Below are positions 17,401 through 23,057 of a stretch of DNA of 23,057 nt, piece by piece. Position 1 is the first letter of the stretch. Each line of letters begins with the position of its first letter. The DNA is from a bacterium (GTDB taxonomy: Bacteria; Zhuqueibacterota; Zhuqueibacteria; Oceanimicrobiales; Oceanimicrobiaceae): positions 1 to 23,057 of the forward strand of contig JBHHXT010000066.1 in assembly GCA_046757165.1 (NCBI GenBank), in the 5' to 3' direction. The notes beneath the pieces were generated by a model. The model ran no database searches. It saw nothing but the letters and a program-made list of their open reading frames with translations, and was not told the DNA's origin. The position numbers were made by a program, and so were the translations under genes.

Positions 17401-20179
17401 AATCAGCGTTGACGTTATTGAACGAGACCCTGGTTGCGCCGCCAAAGTTGGCGCCAGAGATCGTCACCACTGTACCCGGACCCCCGCTGTCCGGCCGGAA
17501 GAAGTCAAGGGTAGGAGGCGGCTGTAAGCCACCGGTCTGCTCAAAGTGCGCCGTAATGTTCTTATCCCGGCTCAGGTTGAGCTTGATCGAGCTCTGGCTG
17601 GAAGATGAAGCGCCGCTCCAGCGAGAAAATTCAAATCCAGGCGCAGGCAACGCCTCCAGCTCCACTGGAATATTCTTGAAATATCTGCCGCTCCAGGGCA
17701 GGTCGGAATGGGCTACCGTGTTGACACGAACTTGTCCGGCCCCCGGCTCGCTCAGGTTTACCGTCAGCTCAACGATATCCCCCGCGCGGAAAAACGCCTG
17801 CACATGCTGCCATTGGATCTCTTCGCGGGTCGTGATGAAATTCCTCACCTCGGCCAGCCCATTGCGCCATTCTGATTCAGGAGCATCCCATCGCTCTGTC
17901 TCGATTGAAATATCTGGTTCGATTTCGGCAACAAGCTGATCAAAAACATCGTGAATGTGGTCAGGATGAAGCGTGGTGTTGAGCAAATCGGCAAAGCGGC
18001 TCACAAACCGCGCTTTGAAGGTCTTGTTCTCCAGCAACTTTCTCAGATAAATGGTCGCAAACAGTTGCTCCTCAGAATCACTTCCGGAGATGTCCGTCCG
18101 CGGGCGAGCTCTGGTCGCCCACTGCAGGGTTTTGATCTTGGAGCGCCTGTAAGTGCTTTCAGAATCCCACAGAATCCAATGCCACTTCCCGTCGTTGCTG
18201 CGCTCGCGGTAAAAGAAGTTATTGTTGTGCGGCCAGTCTTTATGTCCTCCATAGATCTGAATAATATTGTAATCGATGAAATTATCCAGATCGATAAGCG
18301 CTTGCGCGTCCTCGAATTCACTCGATCCGTCCATGTCATTGTTCTGGAAGAATGCGTACAGCTTCTTCCAGGCTTTAAGGTCGCCTTCCTTGACGTCCGG
18401 TGTTTCCTGGAAGGCCCACTCGAGCAAATCCGGGTCATCGACGCCGTAGTTCTGCGTGAGATAGTCATCGTGGATGCGTTCCCGGAACAGGTAGATTCCC
18501 CACAGCTCACCGTTGATAAACAGAATGACTGGCTTATGCGCCGATACCTTGCCGCCAATTTCGCCCAGCAGCGTGTGATTGAGCGGGTCCCGCAGGAGCG
18601 TCCAGACGTCACTGTCAAAGTACTGATCAAATGTGCCCCCTGAGTGCACCACTAACTGGTCAAATTCCTTAATCTTTTTTTGCTTGAACAGCCTGTAGCG
18701 CAACTTGCTCTCGCCATAATCGGTGCGAAAATAGAGCCGCATGGATTTCTTCGGGAACGTACGCGAATGCGCGCCGTGCACACGCACGCCGGCGTTGATT
18801 CGAAAACTGCCGCCATCAGGCTCGATCAGATTGACGGAAACCGGTCGCTCCCAGCCCCGGCCTCTCTTCTTCGGATGGGAGAAGATTCCCTTGCTGCCAT
18901 ACAAATGCGGGCGGTCTGTAGCCAATGACAACACGGGGAGATGGCCCTCATAATCGATGACGTAGATGTGGCTGATGTCGTCGCTCACCGGCGTGCTGCC
19001 GTCAAAAGCACGCGCGCGAATGACCGTTGTCGAGGAAATGGAGATGGAATTTTTGTATTTGGCGCTCGAATTTGTGACGGCCGACCCGTCTGTGGTGTAA
19101 CGAATCGCAGCCCCGTCGTCATTGCTGGACAGAGTGACTTCGACTGAGTTGTTGAAAAAGCCGCTGGGTGGCGAGAAATCCACGATAGCACTCGGCGGTA
19201 GATTTCTCACATTCGATTCCCCGGGTGTCGGGTGGTCACTGGGTTCAAACTCACCGCTGCCGTCCGGGATGCGGGCCATGGAGACATCCTGGCTTTGCAT
19301 GCCAAACTTGAAGCCGTCTATGAGCAGACCATCCCCGGCATAGATGCCGACGTACTCTCCGCCGGCGCTGAGCTTGAAATTGGTGTGTAATCGCTTGCCC
19401 TTGCTGTCCCGGCGGTCTTTGCCAGAGGCCCACACCAACAGGAACGCTCCGGCATCGAGGTTGACTGCCGGCAGCCGCCAACGATCCTGGTTCTTCTCAT
19501 CGTCCGTCAACGTCATCCCGTCCAGATTGACCGCGACCTCTCCGAAATTGTAGAGCTCGAGCCAGTCGGAGGAATCGCCATCGTCGTCAAAACTCGTCTC
19601 GTCGTTGGAGGCCAGAAACTCATTGACGACAATCGGGGGTCTCTCTACGGACGGGGGTGCGATGACGTTTGCTTCGGCCGGCGTGACAATCGTCGTCAAT
19701 TGGAAGTCACCACTGCCATTGGGAGAGCGCGACATGGAGATATCGTCCCGTTGTCCACCAAACGTCAACGAGTCGACCACATTGCCAGAGGGGTCATAAA
19801 GGCCGATGAAATCCCCCCCTCTGTTTAGCTTGAACGTGGTGTGAAGCTCACGGCGGGTCATATCTTTGCCAGACGCCCAAACGATCAGATACTCCCCGGG
19901 AGACAACGCAACTGAAGGGAATGTCCATTGCGCCGGGTCTTGTGGATCATCGGTGATCGTGAACCCGGCCAGGTCGATCTGTTGGCTACCTGCGTTGTAT
20001 AGCTCTATCCAATCGGAGGACTCACCGCTCTGGTCGAAAAGGATGGTTTTGTTGCCAGCCAGAAACTCATTGATAACCAATGTCTGGGCAGAAATCGACC
20101 TCGGCCAGATGCAAAAAAGCAAAACAACGGTTAGAAAAGCGATATTTCGGGTGCCAGGCGGGTACCGTCTTTTTTCCAT
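11480..20179 (-). CDS. 2899-aa secreted modular protein: 2x lamin-tail domain, FN3-associated/chitobiase C-like, CotH kinase, InlB-B-like, IPT/TIG, 2x Big_9/cadherin-like, DNRLRE (CBM96-like), 7x ASH/choice-of-anchor-D, 3x unassigned Cys2 domain, C-terminal sorting domain
   Basis: Signal peptide ends SISA|Q. VINEFLA..DWIELYN occurs twice (about 20080-19210). IRYTTDGS. CotH motifs GVRVHGAHSR.FPKKSMRLYFR, FINGELWGIYLFRE, DWPHNN and WILWDSE (about 18940-17790). GVLDNDLDPDGD/GSFVYTP twice. DARV..FLKFDL..WNNAP..YSSKEG..PEL (about 16690-16230). DFG.V..N.G.ADL....SNDPDE seven times. LLQNYPNPFN...RKIVLQK. Confidence 0.9.
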   Translation of the reverse strand: MEKRRYPPGTRNIAFLTVVLLFCIWPRSISAQTLVINEFLAGNKTILFDQSGESSDWIELYNAGSQQIDLAGFTITDDPQDPAQWTFPSVALSPGEYLIVWASGKDMTRRELHTTFKLNRGGDFIGLYDPSGNVVDSLTFGGQRDDISMSRSPNGSGDFQLTTIVTPAEANVIAPPSVERPPIVVNEFLASNDETSFDDDGDSSDWLELYNFGEVAVNLDGMTLTDDEKNQDRWRLPAVNLDAGAFLLVWASGKDRRDSKGKRLHTNFKLSAGGEYVGIYAGDGLLIDGFKFGMQSQDVSMARIPDGSGEFEPSDHPTPGESNVRNLPPSAIVDFSPPSGFFNNSVEVTLSSNDDGAAIRYTTDGSAVTNSSAKYKNSISISSTTVIRARAFDGSTPVSDDISHIYVIDYEGHLPVLSLATDRPHLYGSKGIFSHPKKRGRGWERPVSVNLIEPDGGSFRINAGVRVHGAHSRTFPKKSMRLYFRTDYGESKLRYRLFKQKKIKEFDQLVVHSGGTFDQYFDSDVWTLLRDPLNHTLLGEIGGKVSAHKPVILFINGELWGIYLFRERIHDDYLTQNYGVDDPDLLEWAFQETPDVKEGDLKAWKKLYAFFQNNDMDGSSEFEDAQALIDLDNFIDYNIIQIYGGHKDWPHNNNFFYRERSNDGKWHWILWDSESTYRRSKIKTLQWATRARPRTDISGSDSEEQLFATIYLRKLLENKTFKARFVSRFADLLNTTLHPDHIHDVFDQLVAEIEPDISIETERWDAPESEWRNGLAEVRNFITTREEIQWQHVQAFFRAGDIVELTVNLSEPGAGQVRVNTVAHSDLPWSGRYFKNIPVELEALPAPGFEFSRWSGASSSSQSSIKLNLSRDKNITAHFEQTGGLQPPPTLDFFRPDSGGPGTVVTISGANFGGATRVSFNNVNADFSVQSDAEISATVPGGATSGRIRVVTPAGTGTSATDFVVAEIKNDPPVTQDDAFTGDEDTRLEAAAPGVLDNDLDPDGDRLTAFKVSDPANGSVNIDGDGSFVYTPKRDFNGQDVFSYGVDDGRGKRDTAVVTITVEPVNDLPVAANDAYTGDENSVLQVAAPGVLANDVDVDGDPLTAQVVGLPSHGDLTLNSDGSFSYIPASDFAGSDSFTYRARDGQGESGVATVELAIGLPSEVRFTPISDARVKSTSPSENFGSETTFRVRSGHRSYHSFLKFDLTDIGVVNSARLRLYVTDGGPGGGRISVASNTYQGSGTPWDEDGVVWNNAPEINKTITTLGQVTADKWIEIEVTGVIAGAGFYSFAMEGTTTNAVRYSSKEGSHAPELIVETFAGGGGGGSSDVPDIAVVPASIDFGSVTVGTSVSRQLEIKNEGSAALSIAATTLRGPDAQVFSVLTGGGSFTLSPGATRGLEIAFVPSAVGVSNASLRIDNDDPDENLLDIPLSGNGLGTPVPNLAVQPLAHDYGVVVVGTSVPANFQLHNDGAADLVVSSVTLAGPDTADYRLSAGALPFTLTAGQMREVEVTFHPTVAGARLSNLTIESNDPDQSLVEVSLTGNGVASSSGGGGTVSFEEIRNGGATGSSTVSTALELSGVAGHLYLAAISFRPSTEVLSVSGLGLPWTRVRAQCSGRGATGVEVWRALGTPTGSGAVTATFDGGVSSAVISVARYSGVDPAQPLGEVVFGNTHGEAGRCSGGADTPAYEFSLSPVGAGAVVYGATALRNRRHTPGSGYTERDEGSAGRGGNTAGLAVQDRSVASASTVRLAGAFNKRVDWAVIGVEIRPGSSGDSGGGDSADIAVAPASHDFGEVTVGSAVSHGFQVHNTGTADLVVSATDLIGPDGGEFAVVSGGGSFTLSSGSSREIEVRFTPGTEGAKSGSLRLSSNDPDENPLLVALTGTGVGVAAVPDITAEPSELNFGDVMVGESATRTVEIRNDGAVDLSVSTTTIVGGDAGAFTLVSGGGAIVLPPTVRRFIEIRFSPGSDGAKRAALRIVSNDPDENPFEVALHGNSGVGAQPDIATTLAAIDFGSVPLGTRALRAFEVHNEGTADLEVTATTISGLHAGDFSLESGAAVFSLAPGASRTVEVGFVPGAAGDRNATLQLTSNDPDESPLQLPLTGAGLEGQSGGGAVFFEEMRNGGATGSSTVSTALELSGVAGHLYLAAISFRPSTEVLSVSGLGLPWTRVRAQCSGRGATGVEVWRALGTPTGSGAVTATFDGGVSSAVISVARYSGVDPAQPLGEVVFGNTHGEAGRCSGGADTPAYEFSLSPVGAGAVVYGATALRNRRHTPGSGYTERDEGSAGRGGNTAGLAVQDRSVASASTVRLAGAFNKRVDWAVIGVEIRPGSSGDSGGGDSADIAVAPASHDFGEVTVGSAVSHGFQVHNTGTADLVVSATDLIGPDGGEFAVVSGGGSFTLSSGSSREIEVRFTPGTEGAKSGSLRLSSNDPDENPLLVALTGTGVGVAAVPDITAEPSELNFGDVMVGESATRTVEIRNDGAVDLSVSTTTIVGGDAGAFTLVSGGGAIVLPPTVRRFIQIRFSPGSEGAKRAALHIVSDDPDENPFEVALLGTGVGQSQGGAQVAYEETQNGGSTSSNTVTTAGPLSGVNGHLYLAAITFRPSAEVVSVSGLGLTWTRVRAQCSGRGVTGVELWRAQGTTSGDGGVTATLATTVTSALISVSRYSGVEGANPIGNLAFGNSNGVDGVCTGGTDNSAYQFDMSITRAGGMVFGAIALRNRKHNPGNGYTERDQVYSGIGGSKAGIAIQDRLLSTASSVLFAGTLHKAVDWAVVALELRPLSATATAQALNLKAAPEAVNGSVVLPERFSLLQNYPNPFNAATTIEYALPVAANVRITIFNLKGQTVRTLVDEYQEAGIKKMKWDGRNTSNLVVGSDIYLLRAEIGGRVFSRKIVLQK
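12645..13816 (+). repeat. 1172-bp internal direct repeat, copy 1 (matches 14328-15499)
   Basis: Offset 1683 bp (561 codons). Identical wherever I compared the copies, and the shadow ORFs 13111-13527 and 14794-15210 translate identically. Confidence 0.92.
14328..15499 (+). repeat. 1172-bp internal direct repeat, copy 2 (matches 12645-13816)
   Basis: Starts ACAATCGCACCGCC and ends GCGCCTCCGTTTCG in both copies. The flanks are homologous but diverged. Confidence 0.92.
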
Positions 20180-20342
20180 CTCTCGTGCTCATCCGTCTGA
20201 AGGTAAGCTGCACTTGCCTAAATCTTATGGAGGAGAAACCAGATGAAATGCTCTTCTTAACCAGTACCATCAGGCGCACACGGATACAGAAAATTCAGAA
20301 GCAAATTCTGACCAGATTTTCAGATAAATTAATAGGATTACA

Positions 20343-20367
20343 GCCACCCACAAGGGGTGGCGGCTAC
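20343..20367 (-). repeat. GTAG-type REP-like hairpin / intergenic stem-loop
   Basis: Minus strand reads GTAG-CC-GCCACCC-CTTGT-GGGTGGC, a perfect 7-bp stem 60 bp after the stop at 20428, with no U-tract. Confidence 0.55.
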
Positions 20368-20427
20368 GTGGAGGCGACAAGTGACGGAGCAACGCCCATC
20401 AGGTAGATCAGGTAACCATGCCCCATT

Positions 20428-23057
20428 CTATTTTTGCAGGATGACTTTGCTGCTCAGGGCTGCACGGCCTGCAACCCGCAAGTGCAGAAAATAGATGCCT
20501 GAGGAAACGTCGACGCCAAACTTGTCCCGGCCGTCCCAGCGGACTATCTTGAAACCAGGACTTTGCTCAGCATCCACCAGCTCTTTCACCACCTGGCCTT
20601 TCAGATTGAAAACCAGAAGCGTGACTCTTGCCCTTTCCGGCAGAGCGTACTTTATCGTCGTTTCGGCGTTGAATGGATTGGGGTAATTGGGATAGAGAGC
20701 AGTGGTTTCAGGCAAGATCGCGTCATTGGCAGGGTGGGTCATCGCAAGGCGTGGGTCGGCCATCCGCTGAGACGCGGGCGAGGTCACGACCACCAATTCC
20801 GGCGGGTGGCTCCCTTCCTTTGAGCTGTAAAAAACACTATTCGACACCGCGTTCGTCAGGCCAAAGCTGTAGATGCCATCGGCGAGGATGGCTGCGGTCA
20901 CATCGAGCTCGACCCAGGCATCGAGGGTCACGGAACCAGCAGAGGCCAGGGGGGCGCCCGTGATCTCCGGGGCGTTGCCCCAGGTTAGCGTGCTCTCGCT
21001 CCAGGGCAGGCCGGAATCAGGATGTGAATTCGAAACCAAATAGACGGTGCCACCATCCGGGCTGACATCCGTGACATAGAGACGCAGCTTCGCCTGCTGC
21101 ACGCTCCCCACTATCCCGCTCACGTCAAATTTCAGATAGCTGTTGTAGCTGGTCGAGCCATTACGAAGCCTCACGATATCCCGGGTGCCATAGTTGGTTG
21201 TCAGCCGGGTGGATTTGACATACGCGTCATCGGTCGGCGTAAACGTCAGAGAGGCCCCACCCGCGCCGGAGGTGACGGTGCCGGTCAGCGCCACGGCAAA
21301 CGGATTTTCATCGGGGTCATTGCTGGTGATTTGCAGGACGGCACTCCTGGCGCCAACGGAGCCGGGTGCAAAGCTGATTTCAAGATTTCTTGCCTGGCCG
21401 GGAAGGAGGGTAAACACGCCACCGCCGGTGACACCAAATTCGGCGGCATCGGCGCCGGTCAAATCTGTGGCGCTGACCAGCAAATCAGCCGATCCTGCAT
21501 TGCGAACCTCGAGGGTACGGGATGAGCCTGACCCCACCACCACATCGCCAAAATCGACCGAGCCGGGAACCACCGACAGGTCGGGAACCGGCGTCTGCGT
21601 GCCCCCCGCGCTGGCGCGGATTTCCACACCGACGGCCGCCCAGTCGACTGCCTTGTTGAAGGAGCCCTCCAACACGACATTCGAAGGTGTTGCAACGAGC
21701 TGGTCTTGCACGGCCACGCCGGAAACACTGCCACCGCTGCCGGCGTGAATCTCACCGCGCTCGCTGTACGCCGGTCCAGCCGTGTGCTGCTTGTTGCGCA
21801 GCGCAGCCGCGCCAAATACGACCGAACCGTTTGCGGCTGTGCTGAGGAGCAATCCATAGGACGGGCTGTCCGTGCCGCCAGAACATCCGCCGTCGCGCCC
21901 GTTCGAGTTTCCTGCAACCATGCTGCCGATCGGATCCACAGGGTCCGCGCCGGAATACCGGCTGACCGAAATGACCGAGCTGGCCACGGCGGCTGACAGG
22001 GTTGCCGTCACTGGACCCGCGCCTGCCGGCACGCCAACTGCTTGCCAGACTTCAACCATCGTGACCCCGCGGCCCGAACACTGGGTGCTCACCCGCGTCC
22101 AGGTCCCGCCGAGACCCGCGACGGAAACGACTTCCGCACGCGGCCGGGTGGAGATGGCCGCAAGATAAAAGTCGCCAGCAACACCACTCAAGCTGGCCGA
22201 CGTGGTCACGGCGTTGCTGTTCAAGGCGCGGCCATTCTGGGTCTCCTGAAAGCCGACTTCCCCGCCGCCTGCTGGCGCTTCCACCCCCGTGCCTGACAGA
22301 GGCAGGGTAAAGGGCGACTCATCAGCATCATTGCTCGTGATCTGCACCGCCGCGCTTTTCGCCCCGATCGAGCCAGGCGAAAAGCTGACGGACAGGGCGT
22401 GACTCTGGCCCGGCGCCAGAGTAAACGCCCCGCCGCCGCTGGAAATATTAAACTCAGTCGCGTTTACGCCGGTCAGGCTCGTGGCGCTCACGGTCAGCCC
22501 CGCTGTGCCGTCGTTGCGGACTTCGAAAAGATGAGTGGCACTTGCGCCGATGACGATCCCGCCAAAATCAAACGAAGCTGGAATGACCGTGATGTCTGGC
22601 TCAGGGGAGGCGACGCCACTGCCGCTCAAAGCCACCGAAAAGGGCGATTCGTCCGGGTCGTTGCTGCTGATCTGCACCGCCGCGCTTTTCGCCCCGATCG
22701 AGCCAGGCGAAAAGCTGACGGACAGGGCGTGACTCTGGCCCGGCGCCAGAGTAAACGCCCCGCCGCCGCTGGAAATATTAAACTCAGTCGCGTTTACGCC
22801 GGTCAGGCTCGTGGCGCTCACATCCAGGCTGGCCGTGCCGTCATTCCTGATTTGAAAACTCTGAGTCGCGCTCGTGCCCGTCACGACACTGCCAAAATCA
22901 AAAGAAGACGGAGTGACCGTGATGTCTGGCGCAGGCGAAGCGATGCCCGTGCCGCTCAAAGCGACGGAGAAGGGAGATTCGTCCGGATCGGTGCTCGTGA
23001 TTTGCACCGCCGCGCTTTTCGCCCCGATCGAGCCAGGCGAAAAGCTGACGGACAGGG
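20428..23057 (-). CDS. 5'-truncated large secreted modular protein: at least 3 ASH, unassigned Cys2 domain, ASH, DNRLRE (CBM96-like), C-terminal sorting domain
   Basis: The frame is open to the window edge (LSVSFSPGSIGAKSAAVQ), so the track's 23007 start is an internal GTG. FDFG..RNDG..SNDPDE repeats, DAYV..YLKFDV..WGNAP..YSSKEGSHPPEL, and LYPNYPNPFNAET...KVILQK. Confidence 0.88.
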   Translation of the reverse strand, partial: LSVSFSPGSIGAKSAAVQITSTDPDESPFSVALSGTGIASPAPDITVTPSSFDFGSVVTGTSATQSFQIRNDGTASLDVSATSLTGVNATEFNISSGGGAFTLAPGQSHALSVSFSPGSIGAKSAAVQISSNDPDESPFSVALSGSGVASPEPDITVIPASFDFGGIVIGASATHLFEVRNDGTAGLTVSATSLTGVNATEFNISSGGGAFTLAPGQSHALSVSFSPGSIGAKSAAVQITSNDADESPFTLPLSGTGVEAPAGGGEVGFQETQNGRALNSNAVTTSASLSGVAGDFYLAAISTRPRAEVVSVAGLGGTWTRVSTQCSGRGVTMVEVWQAVGVPAGAGPVTATLSAAVASSVISVSRYSGADPVDPIGSMVAGNSNGRDGGCSGGTDSPSYGLLLSTAANGSVVFGAAALRNKQHTAGPAYSERGEIHAGSGGSVSGVAVQDQLVATPSNVVLEGSFNKAVDWAAVGVEIRASAGGTQTPVPDLSVVPGSVDFGDVVVGSGSSRTLEVRNAGSADLLVSATDLTGADAAEFGVTGGGVFTLLPGQARNLEISFAPGSVGARSAVLQITSNDPDENPFAVALTGTVTSGAGGASLTFTPTDDAYVKSTRLTTNYGTRDIVRLRNGSTSYNSYLKFDVSGIVGSVQQAKLRLYVTDVSPDGGTVYLVSNSHPDSGLPWSESTLTWGNAPEITGAPLASAGSVTLDAWVELDVTAAILADGIYSFGLTNAVSNSVFYSSKEGSHPPELVVVTSPASQRMADPRLAMTHPANDAILPETTALYPNYPNPFNAETTIKYALPERARVTLLVFNLKGQVVKELVDAEQSPGFKIVRWDGRDKFGVDVSSGIYFLHLRVAGRAALSSKVILQK
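22338..23057 (+). repeat. 330-bp-period tandem ASH repeats with an identical core
   Basis: 22338-22491 equals 22668-22821 (154 bp). A third copy at 23003-23057 runs off the window. Confidence 0.9.

Noticed and set aside
17790..18940. CotH domain as evidence for sporulation
   Set aside because: CotH domains are widespread in non-sporulating bacteria, and the context here is signal peptide plus sorting domain.
11456..19799. Long + strand ORFs (e.g. 12008-12970, 13731-14765, 17070-17939) and alternate-frame duplicates
   Set aside because: Shadows of the GC-rich 2899-aa gene. The identical pairs merely reflect the DNA duplication.
23005..23007. Start codon of the 859-aa ORF
   Set aside because: It is an internal Val codon within an ASH repeat, and the frame stays open to the window end.

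Overview
Bacterial window with two parts. Bases 1-4035 are a tight + strand housekeeping block: nuoN, an eIF-2B/aIF-2B-like protein lacking the catalytic Cys, and pepA. An AT-rich Rpn/DUF2887-type nuclease gene follows, with a C-terminal tetrapeptide repeat, a probable leaderless promoter and a probable internal start (gene-within-a-gene). Bases 5.2-23 kb are an accessory island of secreted proteins that all end in a NYPNPFN...kmllLK/R sorting domain (T9SS type-A/FlgD-Ig-like). This suggests an FCB-group organism such as KSB1 or Calditrichota, which is inference only. The island holds a repeat/propeller-like protein, a TolB-like plus deacetylase-like protein, two gene remnants and two very large minus-strand modular surface proteins. 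One is a 2899-aa protein with two LTDs, a CotH kinase, Ig domains, a DNRLRE domain and 7 ASH domains. The other is a 5'-truncated paralog. Both carry an approximately 210-aa, two-cysteine domain I cannot assign to a named family (4 copies in total), and both show very recent internal duplications (1172 bp and 154 bp, apparently identical). No tRNA, rRNA, CRISPR array or intact IS was seen. All calls come from reading motifs by eye; no database search was run.
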